Origin: Candidatus Zixiibacteriota bacterium
GTDB lineage: Bacteria; Zixibacteria; MSB-5A5; GN15; FEB-12
NCBI GenBank assembly: GCA_030591625.1
Contig: JAUVAR010000001.1
Coordinates: 1-50,828, forward strand
DNA length: 50,828 bases
Direction: 5' to 3'
In this document: positions 1-8,793 of the stretch, piece by piece
How the letters are laid out: every line of letters starts with the position of its first letter
How positions within the stretch are numbered: the first letter of the stretch is position 1
Made by a program: the position numbers and the translations under genes
The notes under the pieces: generated by a model
Seen by the model: the letters and a program-made list of their open reading frames with translations, nothing else
Databases searched by the model: none
What the model was told of the DNA's origin: nothing

Positions 1-337
1 AAAAATTAGTCTGATTTTCTCAATTCACGTGTATTACGGCCTAATTTTCTAGCTAGTTATTGCCATATTTGTCATTATTGGTGCGTAATTTATTAAAATG
101 AACCATAGAGCCATCGTAGTAAGACGGTTAAGATCAGCTACTGGATCCCTATCTCCTGAGAAAAGTAAATATTCTCGCCAAACTATAGTTGACACCATGA
201 CGGTCGATAGTCTTAATACGATTATCGACTGTCATCTTTGACTCCCCTTCAACACGATTCTAATACTGTCGATAGATGTAAATTACAAATCTGAAGATGA
301 AATGTAATGCGATACAATAAATAACTGAGGTGAAAGA

Positions 338-925
338 ATGAAGACTCTCTCTGGAATTATCATTGTTGTTATGATGCTCGCTCTGCTTGGATGTGGAGCT
401 ACAAAAACTGTAACTCGTATTGAAACTGATACAGTTACCGACTTAAGTGGTCGTTGGAACGATACCGACTCACGTTTTGTGTCGAAGGAGATGATCGCAG
501 ACTGCCTCTCGCGTGTCTGGTTGACCGATTTTGCGGTCGCAAATGGTCGTAAGCCGGTTGTAACAGTTGGGTATATCGGAAACAAAACTGACGAACATAT
601 TGACTCCGAAACATTCACGAAAGATTTTGAACGTGAATTGATTAACTCGGGTCAGATTAAATTTGTCGGTAGTTCCTCCGAACGCCAGGAAGTTCGCGCC
701 GAACGAATGGATCAACAGGAGCACGCTTCGGCTCAAACTGTAAAAAAGCTCGCAAGCGAAACTGGTGCCGACTATGTGCTTCTTGGTTCAATTAAATCGA
801 TAAACGATGCCGAAGGAAATCGTCGCATTGTTTTCTATCAGACAGACCTGCAATTGATTCATGTTGAGACAAATGAAAAAGCATGGATTGGAACAAAGAA
901 AATCAAGAAAGATATCTCTAACTGA
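338..925 (+). CDS. LpoB-like lipoprotein (penicillin-binding-protein activator family, COG3417-like)
   Basis: 195-aa ORF with a GAGGTGA Shine-Dalgarno at 327-333. The signal peptide ends in the lipobox LLGC. The mature part shows the LpoB-family pattern (VVTVGYIGNKTDEHID..FERELINSGQIKFV..GADYVLLGSI..EKAWIG). Confidence 0.7.
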   Translation: MKTLSGIIIVVMMLALLGCGATKTVTRIETDTVTDLSGRWNDTDSRFVSKEMIADCLSRVWLTDFAVANGRKPVVTVGYIGNKTDEHIDSETFTKDFERELINSGQIKFVGSSSERQEVRAERMDQQEHASAQTVKKLASETGADYVLLGSIKSINDAEGNRRIVFYQTDLQLIHVETNEKAWIGTKKIKKDISN

Positions 926-985
926 ATTTGTTGAATATCTGATTCTAATTGGATTACAAGAACTGCGATTAACAGTCAACTTAAT

Positions 986-1021
986 GTGGGAGGCAAGTAA
1001 CTTTGCTTCCCACTTTTTTTT
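986..1021 (+). terminator. Rho-independent terminator after the LpoB-like gene
   Basis: Hairpin gtgggaggcaag / ctttgcttcccac (about 12 bp, one G-U pair) at 986-1013, followed by T8 at 1014-1021. Confidence 0.75.
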
Positions 1022-1027
1022 GAAGCT

Positions 1028-3982
1028 CTAACTTGTTAGCCGAGCGAGTCGAACCTTTGCCTCTTTGATATACTTGATTTGAATATCGGCATTTGCCCAG
1101 TAATCGAGAAACTCGCTATACAATTTTATTGCACGCTTTGTGTCTCCTTCACCTTCGGCGGCAACACCAAGCAAGTAAGTAGATACTTGATACATGTACG
1201 CGTTGTTTGTACGCAGGCGACCTGTCACAAGAATTTCCAATGTCTCTCTGCCTTCAGAAAATTCACCTGCATTGACCAGCAACTCCCCAAACTGAAAGAT
1301 GTTTTCTCGGGCATTTGCTACAGCTTCGTTCACTTTACGATTAGCCACTATCAATGCAGCGGTGTCACTCACGATGTAGGCTTCGAACATTTCTTCCAGC
1401 CCTTCTCCATAGGCCCATAACTCTTCAGGTAACCTTGTCCTGAAATCCTTAATGACTGCTTCAAAAATTGGACGAGCTTTCGCTTCATTTGCAGGGTCAA
1501 GCATAACAAGTTGCATTGGATAGCTAATCTTATTGAAAAGTTGCGCCCAATTGAATGCCTGCTCCTCATATGTAATCATCGAATCAGGCATTTCAAAACG
1601 CCTATAATAATCTGCTATTGAATTGAGAGTACCAAAGACATTCAATGAGTCGTCAGTTTCATGTGCCAGTTCAAGAGTTCTAAATTGATGATCCATAGAT
1701 GAGTGGAACTTACCTTCCCATACATCAATGTTAGCCAAAAATTGTTCACAAACAATCTTGTTAAAAACGTCTTCTGGATCTGCCTCACGAAGTATTTCTA
1801 CGTATTGACGAGCGTCGGCAAGGTTGCGCAAGTGTACTGAATTGGAAACCAATCGTCGTAACGGACGAACATCGTAAGGGAATTGATCATGCAAAGTTTT
1901 TGCTATATCAAATGCTTCCTGATATTGATGTTGAAACTGATGAATTAGTATCAGGTTTATTTTGGGGCCAAGTGAATTTGGCAGCGATGCAACCAACTGT
2001 TGAGCCAGTTTTTCTGCCCCTTCATAGTCTTCCTCTGCCGCCCGCATGGTAGCATACTGCTCAAGAGCAAAGGCATAAGTTGGATAGGTTGCAAGGACTG
2101 TATCCATGTGAGCGTGCGCTGTAACTGTATCCTGTTGGAATACATTTACAAACATGGCGTACATCGTTCTGATCTCCCCATCTTCAGGGTAGTCGCGCAA
2201 CAAAACTCTTAGTTTTGTAAAGGCATCATCAAAGTTACTATCTACCCAGGTATCGATATATGCATCGAGTATATTTCTTTCTCGGATAGGAAGACGATCT
2301 TGTCGGTCGCGCGCCATCTTGAAGTAACGCACACCTTGAGCATTTCTATTTTCGAATTTGTGTGCCATGCCTATACGCATGAACGGCAATGCAAAGCCTG
2401 AGTCCAAAGCGATAGCCTGATCAAATCTTGCAATTGCTGAATCAAACTCATTCGCCCAGAAAAGAGCCATACCAAGATGATATTGTTTAAAGGCCTCGGG
2501 GGTTGATAGCGTATTTGTAGAAACCATTGAACTTTTGTCGATGTTCAACTTGGCAGCAATTTTTGAGATGAGAGAATCAACCAGCAACATCGGGTCGGTA
2601 CCAACAACTTTTTCACCAAGAATTATATTACCGGTTTCAATGTCCTCAAGGCGAGCATCTATTCTTATTTTGTCACCAAGTTTATAAAATGAACCAGAAA
2701 GAATTCTTCCGGCACCAAGAGATTGAGCTGCTTTGGCACATTCTGCAAAAGTGTGATTGTTTTTTTTCTCTACATCAAAACAGTCAATAATTCTTTGCTG
2801 TGATACTATTTTGACTTCATTGTTTTGTGAAAGGTCAGTCAGAAGAATTTCCGGGAGTCCTGTTTCGAGCCAGTCATATTCGCTGTCACCGGTTTTATTT
2901 TCGAAACCGATAATAGCGAGCGCATCCCCCCCAGACGAAGCATTAATATCAAATGAGAAGAGTGACATGTTATAAAGAACTGCAATCAAAATAGCCACGA
3001 CTGCAACCGGCAGCATCAACCACCAATTTGATATCTTTGCTTTTATTGTATGTTCACCTGATAATCTGTTAGTAACTCCCGATAGTGCACCTGTTACACC
3101 AGAGTCGGATTGTCGGCGATGATTACGAAGATCAACAACCAAATCACGAGTATCCTGATAACGATCTGACCTGTCTTTCCTAAGACACTTATCAATGATG
3201 CGTTCAAGTTCGGGTGGGATTGCATCGTTCTTGGAACGAGGTGCTTCGTGCGGAGTCTCGAGAATTTTTGCAAGGGTCGATACTTGAGTTTGTCCCTGAA
3301 ATGGTGTCTCGCCCGTAAACATAGTGTAGAGAAGAATGCCGAACGAAAATATATCCGAACGGTTATCTACATTTTTACCCTGTACCTGCTCGGGTGACAT
3401 ATACTTAATCGTTCCAATAATTTTGCCGGCTCGTGTTAGCTCCTGCGAGACTGTTGCAGTCGAATTATTTTCATTCATCCCAACTGTGGCAACAGGTTTA
3501 GCCAATCCAAAATCAAGAATCTTGGGGTCACCATTTGCACTTACAATAATATTGTCGGGCTTAATATCACGATGTACAATGTTCAGCTGATGCGCTGCGG
3601 CCAAACCACCAGCAATTTTTTCGGCAAGTCTGACCAGCTGAGACATTTCAGGTTTTTCTGAAGTAATAAACCCCGAGAGAGATTTCCCCTCAATGTATTC
3701 CATTACAATAAAGTTTACCTCAGACGCACCCTCCGAAGGAGAGGCAGAACCGATTTCAAAAATTGACATGACATTAGGATGAGTCACCTGAGCGGCTGTT
3801 TTGGCCTCACGACGAAATCTTTCATGCCGTTCTGAGTCATCAAAAACATCAGAGGTCAAAATTTTCAGAGCGACTTGACGAGAAAGATTGAGGTCCTCAG
3901 CCAAATAGACTGCCCCCATACCGCCTTCGCCAATCTTCCTGATTATTTTAAAGTGAGAAAAAATCTGCGAGGGTTCAAGCAT
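1028..3982 (-). CDS. Hanks-type Ser/Thr protein kinase with a TM helix, a TolB-N/LpoB-like extracytoplasmic domain and a TPR-like helical repeat region
   Basis: Kinase motifs GEGGMGAV, VALK, HRDIKPDN, DFG and SPE in the first ~280 aa. One TM helix (WWLMLPVAVVAILIAVLY). Next comes 'ALAIIGFENKTGDSEYDWLETGLPEILLTDLSQ', typical of TolB-N-like sensor modules, followed by a long helical repeat region. The ATG at 3982 overlaps the stop of the upstream phosphatase (TGATG). The ORF track starts one codon earlier, at a TTG. Confidence 0.9.
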   Translation of the reverse strand: MLEPSQIFSHFKIIRKIGEGGMGAVYLAEDLNLSRQVALKILTSDVFDDSERHERFRREAKTAAQVTHPNVMSIFEIGSASPSEGASEVNFIVMEYIEGKSLSGFITSEKPEMSQLVRLAEKIAGGLAAAHQLNIVHRDIKPDNIIVSANGDPKILDFGLAKPVATVGMNENNSTATVSQELTRAGKIIGTIKYMSPEQVQGKNVDNRSDIFSFGILLYTMFTGETPFQGQTQVSTLAKILETPHEAPRSKNDAIPPELERIIDKCLRKDRSDRYQDTRDLVVDLRNHRRQSDSGVTGALSGVTNRLSGEHTIKAKISNWWLMLPVAVVAILIAVLYNMSLFSFDINASSGGDALAIIGFENKTGDSEYDWLETGLPEILLTDLSQNNEVKIVSQQRIIDCFDVEKKNNHTFAECAKAAQSLGAGRILSGSFYKLGDKIRIDARLEDIETGNIILGEKVVGTDPMLLVDSLISKIAAKLNIDKSSMVSTNTLSTPEAFKQYHLGMALFWANEFDSAIARFDQAIALDSGFALPFMRIGMAHKFENRNAQGVRYFKMARDRQDRLPIRERNILDAYIDTWVDSNFDDAFTKLRVLLRDYPEDGEIRTMYAMFVNVFQQDTVTAHAHMDTVLATYPTYAFALEQYATMRAAEEDYEGAEKLAQQLVASLPNSLGPKINLILIHQFQHQYQEAFDIAKTLHDQFPYDVRPLRRLVSNSVHLRNLADARQYVEILREADPEDVFNKIVCEQFLANIDVWEGKFHSSMDHQFRTLELAHETDDSLNVFGTLNSIADYYRRFEMPDSMITYEEQAFNWAQLFNKISYPMQLVMLDPANEAKARPIFEAVIKDFRTRLPEELWAYGEGLEEMFEAYIVSDTAALIVANRKVNEAVANARENIFQFGELLVNAGEFSEGRETLEILVTGRLRTNNAYMYQVSTYLLGVAAEGEGDTKRAIKLYSEFLDYWANADIQIKYIKEAKVRLARLTS

Positions 3983-5628
3983 CAATCTAACCTCTTAAGA
4001 AGTAACATTGTAATATCATCCGACTGTGGATGATCCTGTACAAATTCTGTAATTTCGCCTATCAAAGCTGATCCAATCTCATCAGTTGAAGCACCGCATT
4101 CTCGAACTAACATCTTTTCAAGACGCTCATCTCCGTACTGTTCGGTTGGTCCTTCCGCTTCGGTAACACCATCTGTATAAATAGCTACCAGATCATCTGG
4201 AGATAATTCAACAGTTTCTTCTACCCAACCTCCTGTTTCGAAAGCACCTATCATAAACCCCGACGGCTCCAACTGCTTTACTGATTTGTTGGCACTTATG
4301 AGCAAAGGTGGATTATGACCGGCATTGACAAAACTAAGGCGGTGCGTGCTTGTATCGATTGTACCAACAAAGAGAGTCGCAAAATCACCTGAGTTACTGT
4401 ATGCAAAGAGTTGTCGGTTTACTTGATTGACGACCTGTGCCAGATCGAAATCTGCATTACCATATAAAATCCTGAACGCTGCCAGAATGTTTGACATCAG
4501 AAGTGCTGCCCCCAAACCTTTTCCACTGACATCACCAACCATAAACAGATAACGACCATCAGGCAGCTTAATCATATCATAAAAATCACCACCAACAGCC
4601 CGGCACTGATCCTGAAAAGCATGAAAAGAATACTTTTCAACAGTCGGACATTCTCCCACCAACAATCGTTTCTGAATCAGGGAAGCTCGTTTTAGTTCTG
4701 ACTCAATCAGCTTGCGTTCCTGTCGTTCTTCCGCCAATGCAAAGCTGAGCAGGCGTGATGCAATAATATTACCAAATGTTGCCAACAGGCGAAGATATTC
4801 ATCATTATAATGATGCAATGGGTTTTTTGTGTCGGCGTACAGTATGCCCAGCACTTTCCCTTCATCAAAGAGCGGAACCGCCATCGCCGAACGAAGGGAT
4901 GAGGCAACAATCGATTTCTGCTCAGCGTAACGTGAGTCTGTTGATGGATCACCTACAACAACTGCTTGTTTCTCTTTTAGAATATCGTTAACAATTGTTT
5001 GCGACAGGGTAAACTCACCTTGATTACGAGTTCCTTCATGAAGCGTAGCCGCAGCAAATAATTCATTTGTACTTTCATTCATCATAAGAACGGCAAAACG
5101 ATCTGCAGGTATTACTTTGGCAACTAATTTAAGTGAATGATCGAGCATTTCAACTTTAGTTTCATGGGTTGACAGCGAACGGGCCAGATCAGAAAGAGCC
5201 GGAAAAAGTTCCGGGAGATCTGTAATACGACTCGGTAATGGTTTGAGCGCTTCACCAATATCAATGAAGACCGATTTTTCGGGATCAATACTTGCAAATC
5301 GTGTAGCTTTTGTTGACGGTTCGACAACCGGACCATCTTCGGCAGATAAACGAAAATCAACCTGACCGAATGATATCGTATCCCCAATTTTTATTTTGAT
5401 CGGACCAGTTACTTTGCGACTATTAACTGCTGTGCCATTGCGACTGTTCAGATCTTTAAGAGTTGCTTCAGACAGCGATGAATCAACATCTATTTCGGCA
5501 TGAAGCCGCGAGATAGTTTTATCGGGAACATAAAAATCACAATCGGGCTTGCGTCCAAGCGTATGTTTGCCGGGGACTAAATCCCATGAGTAGTATCTTG
5601 TACCATCTGTGCCAATAAGTTTAAACAT
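3982..5628 (-). CDS. FHA-GAF-PP2C (SpoIIE-family) protein serine/threonine phosphatase
   Basis: N-terminal FHA signature (GRKPDCDF..SRLHAEI..NSRNGTAVN). A central GAF-like region. A C-terminal PP2C/SpoIIE region with GGDFYD, GDVSGKG, DGVTEA and DDITML. Confidence 0.9.
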   Translation of the reverse strand: MFKLIGTDGTRYYSWDLVPGKHTLGRKPDCDFYVPDKTISRLHAEIDVDSSLSEATLKDLNSRNGTAVNSRKVTGPIKIKIGDTISFGQVDFRLSAEDGPVVEPSTKATRFASIDPEKSVFIDIGEALKPLPSRITDLPELFPALSDLARSLSTHETKVEMLDHSLKLVAKVIPADRFAVLMMNESTNELFAAATLHEGTRNQGEFTLSQTIVNDILKEKQAVVVGDPSTDSRYAEQKSIVASSLRSAMAVPLFDEGKVLGILYADTKNPLHHYNDEYLRLLATFGNIIASRLLSFALAEERQERKLIESELKRASLIQKRLLVGECPTVEKYSFHAFQDQCRAVGGDFYDMIKLPDGRYLFMVGDVSGKGLGAALLMSNILAAFRILYGNADFDLAQVVNQVNRQLFAYSNSGDFATLFVGTIDTSTHRLSFVNAGHNPPLLISANKSVKQLEPSGFMIGAFETGGWVEETVELSPDDLVAIYTDGVTEAEGPTEQYGDERLEKMLVRECGASTDEIGSALIGEITEFVQDHPQSDDITMLLLKRLD

Positions 5629-5870
5629 ATTTAATTGATACGTTGTGGAACACGCATTTCCTTCTTCTCATAATATGAGGGAAAGAGGCTGCTTCTACAA
5701 GAAGAAATCGACGTATTGGGTCTGTATTGTCATATTCGTTTATGGCTTGCTTATAATACGAGCCATTCCTTTATTACTCTAACAGGAAATCCGGATATTT
5801 TTAATGTCACTAACTATAGCCCGGACACACTCATATTAGACAAGTTGTAATAATTATATAAAGGTAAAGC

Positions 5871-7217
5871 ATGGAAGCATTTGACAATTTCTGGGCTGTC
5901 GCAGTTGATCTCGCATGGGGTCCATGGCTCGTTTGGCTACTTGTACTATCTGGCTTGTTTTTCACACTAAGGGGACGGTTCCTGCCATTTCGCGCTATTG
6001 GTCATGCTATTAATATTCTCAGGGGTAAATATGATCACGAATCCGATCCTGGCGAGATAACCCATTTTCAAGCGCTTTCATCGGCTCTCTCCGCAACTAT
6101 CGGAATGGGAAATATAGCAGGTGTTGCAATTGCAATTTCGCTGGGTGGCCCGGGAGCGATTTTCTGGATGTGGGTTGCCGGCCTTGTTGGCATGTCAACG
6201 AAGTTTTATACCTGTACTCTTTCTGTACTTTATCGCAAAAAAGATGAAAACGGTATTATGCAGGGTGGTCCGATGTACTACCTCGAAGTTGGACTTGGAA
6301 AAGCTTTCAAACCTCTTGCAATAATGTTTGCGGTCTGTGGTATGATCGGCTGTCTCACCTTGTTCCAAATGAACCAGCTTGCCGAATTAATCAAGGCAGA
6401 CTATGCGATAAGTAATGTCTGGACCGGACTCGCCTGCATGGTTATTGTCGCTGTAGTTATTCTTGGGGGAATCACACGAGTAGGGAAAGTCTCGGCAAGA
6501 GTTGTCCCGGCTATGTTCATAATGTACTTTGTCTCGGCTCTCTATATAGTGTTCATAAATATTGATGCAGTCCCCGGAATTATTGCCTCAATTTTTGAAG
6601 GAGCATTCGGTGGAGCTGCCGTTGCAGGTGGTGCAGCCGGTGTGGCAATGATGAAAGTAATGCAGATAGGGGTCCAAAGAGCTGCGTTTTCCAATGAAGC
6701 AGGAGTCGGTACGGCACCTATGGCTCACGGTGCAGCCAAAACGAAAGAGCCTATCAGAGAAGGACTTATCGCGATGTTGGGGCCATTTCTTGATACAAAT
6801 ATTGTTTGTACTCTAACAGCTATTGTAATTCTCTCATCAGGCCTTCTGAGTGGTGAACTTAATAACGATTCTGCAGTAGTAATAACTGTAAATGCATTCA
6901 CTCAGGCGATGGGTATGTTTGGCCGTTATTTGCTGACTCTCATAATTCTGCTCTTCTCAATAAGCACTATGATTTCATATTCTTACTATTCGGTCAAATG
7001 CGCTAAGTATTTGATGGGTGGCAAGATAGGCTCATATTACGTCTATATTTATTTGATTGCACTACCAATTGCCGCAGAACTCCCACCCAATACCGTTATT
7101 AACATTGTTGATACAGCTTTTGCAATGATGGCGATTCCGACCCTGATTGGAGCCCTTCTTTTGTCTGGAAAAGTGACTGACGCCCTCAAGGATTACTACG
7201 CTAGAATGGGGATATAG
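5871..7217 (+). CDS. Alanine/glycine:cation symporter (AGCS family)
   Basis: 448-aa polytopic membrane protein. It carries AGCS hallmarks (..ITHFQALSSALSATIGMGNIAGVAIAI..GGPGAIFWMW..SNEAGVGTAPMAHGAAKT..). Confidence 0.9.
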   Translation: MEAFDNFWAVAVDLAWGPWLVWLLVLSGLFFTLRGRFLPFRAIGHAINILRGKYDHESDPGEITHFQALSSALSATIGMGNIAGVAIAISLGGPGAIFWMWVAGLVGMSTKFYTCTLSVLYRKKDENGIMQGGPMYYLEVGLGKAFKPLAIMFAVCGMIGCLTLFQMNQLAELIKADYAISNVWTGLACMVIVAVVILGGITRVGKVSARVVPAMFIMYFVSALYIVFINIDAVPGIIASIFEGAFGGAAVAGGAAGVAMMKVMQIGVQRAAFSNEAGVGTAPMAHGAAKTKEPIREGLIAMLGPFLDTNIVCTLTAIVILSSGLLSGELNNDSAVVITVNAFTQAMGMFGRYLLTLIILLFSISTMISYSYYSVKCAKYLMGGKIGSYYVYIYLIALPIAAELPPNTVINIVDTAFAMMAIPTLIGALLLSGKVTDALKDYYARMGI

Positions 7218-7432
7218 GCTTCGCGAATTACGTAAGTGCTTGCTAATAAGCCCGTTACGGCAACCCAAGAGAATCATTGACTCAATTCGTTTATAGGTTA
7301 TATTGTATTGCTTGGTAACATTACCGTCGGGTCGCGATGACTTCCCGTGAGGGGTCATCTATAACGACTCAAAAGCCCCCGTCAAAATCCAGGTATAGCA
7401 AACCTTAAGACTCATGGGGTGAGAAGCCGCTT

Positions 7433-8542
7433 ATGAAAAAAGTTAGATATATACGAAACCTTGATCAGGTCAGCCAATTAACTGATGCCGAACGGACTGC
7501 ACTGGCAAAAGTTGAGAACAAATTCAAATTCAGAGCTAATGACTATTATCTCGGATTGATTAATTGGGATGATCCCAATGATCCAATCAGACGTATTATT
7601 GTCCCTCATACAGGTGAGCTCAAGGAATTTGGCGAACTTGATGCTTCAAATGAAGAAGCAAATTATGTCGCACCAGGGACTCAACATAAGTACACAAGCA
7701 CCGCTCTCTTGCTTTGCAATGAAATTTGTGGTGGCTACTGTCGTTTCTGTTTCCGTAAAAGATTATTCATGGATGGAAACGATGAAGCGTCTAATGACCT
7801 GACTGAAGGTATCAATTATATAAAAAGCCATCCTGAGATCAATAATGTTCTTCTAACCGGTGGTGATCCGTTCCTTCTTTCGACCAGACGACTCGAGTCA
7901 ATCATCCGACCGCTTCGCGAAATTGACCATATTGGAGTTATCCGAATCGGCACAAAGATGGCTGCATTTAATCCGTTTCGAATCACTCAGGATGATGAAC
8001 TTCTTGAGATGCTCTCGCAGTACTCGACTCCAAATAAGCGCATATATATAATGAACCATTTCAATGTTCCTCAGGAGCTAACTCCTCAGGCTTTTGAAGC
8101 GCTTGATTTGCTTAACCGAGCCGGAACTGTGACACTTAATCAGACTCCAATCCTCAGAGGCATTAACGACTCACCTGCGGTACTTTCAAAACTTATGAAT
8201 CTACTCAACGATGCAGGTGTGCATCCATACTATTTCTTCCAATGCAGGCCTACTGCCGGGAATGAAATATATGAGCTTCCAATTGTTGAATCGTATATGG
8301 CCTTGATAAAGGCAAAGAAAAATGTCAGCGGTCTGGCCAAACGAGCCAGAATGGTAATGTCGCACGATAGTGGTAAGATTGAAATTGTTGGTCTGACTGA
8401 TGATCATATCTATATGAAGTATCATCGCGCCAGATTTTCATCCGACGATGAACGGTTTATGATATACCATCGCGACGATAAGGCGTTTTGGTTTGATGAC
8501 CTTGTTCCTGCGGACGATTCGGAATATACCGAAACTGCATAA
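7433..8542 (+). CDS. KamA-family radical SAM aminomutase-like protein, paralog 1
   Basis: CGGYCRFC (CxxxCxxC) cluster motif and the LLTGGDP SAM motif. KamA-type N-terminal region FKFRANDYYLGLINWDDPNDPIRR, and QHKY..ALLL before the cluster. Candidate PLP lysine in SHDSGK. Confidence 0.85.
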   Translation: MKKVRYIRNLDQVSQLTDAERTALAKVENKFKFRANDYYLGLINWDDPNDPIRRIIVPHTGELKEFGELDASNEEANYVAPGTQHKYTSTALLLCNEICGGYCRFCFRKRLFMDGNDEASNDLTEGINYIKSHPEINNVLLTGGDPFLLSTRRLESIIRPLREIDHIGVIRIGTKMAAFNPFRITQDDELLEMLSQYSTPNKRIYIMNHFNVPQELTPQAFEALDLLNRAGTVTLNQTPILRGINDSPAVLSKLMNLLNDAGVHPYYFFQCRPTAGNEIYELPIVESYMALIKAKKNVSGLAKRARMVMSHDSGKIEIVGLTDDHIYMKYHRARFSSDDERFMIYHRDDKAFWFDDLVPADDSEYTETA

Positions 8543-8793
8543 TCCTGTTAATCAGAATAAATCTCATGTATTTTATGGCTCTATGGACTAATTTTATCTA
8601 TATTAGGGCATAAATTAGCAGGTAATATTATCCGCAAATGATTTATCTGATCTCTACGTATAATTTTTGCAGATGCCTCGCACCTGATACAATAGGATAT
8701 GGCTGATGGGGCTTGCGACTCCCCAATCGCAATAGAAATCAAAACCTGTTCATTCAGGATGGGGTGACTCCGGGCAAAACGTTAAGGAGTAAT

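Noticed and set aside
283-979. Minus-strand ORFs (283-618, 470-736, 788-979) overlap the LpoB-like gene. Similar antisense or off-frame ORFs lie inside other large genes.
   Set aside because: They are low-complexity translations with no motifs, and they lie fully inside or antisense to ORFs with clear family signatures.
2760-2767. Homopolymer A8/T8 tracts lie inside coding regions (the kinase at 2760-2767, and the T9SS peptidase at 26669-26676). They could be phase-variation switches.
   Set aside because: They simply encode Lys-Lys in an AT-leaning genome. Eight nucleotides is short for contingency loci, and both genes are intact.
5629-5870. A glycine riboswitch might be expected upstream of the AGCS symporter.
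   Set aside because: No tandem aptamer-like conserved segments or convincing helices were found in the 242-nt spacer.
7414-8767. A shared 9-mer, ATGGGGTGA, lies in both KamA leaders (7414-7422 and 8759-8767). There is also a GNRA-capped hairpin at 7336-7359. Together these might indicate a riboswitch or leader peptide.
   Set aside because: GGGGTGA resembles a Shine-Dalgarno core. The two leaders share no wider similarity, and I could not fit any known riboswitch consensus (lysine, glycine or T-box). This is too little evidence without covariation analysis.
8713-8793. The ORF track gives KamA paralog 2 a TTG-initiated 27-aa N-terminal extension.
   Set aside because: The extension has no counterpart in paralog 1. 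ATG 8794 has a canonical AAGGAG Shine-Dalgarno at good spacing.
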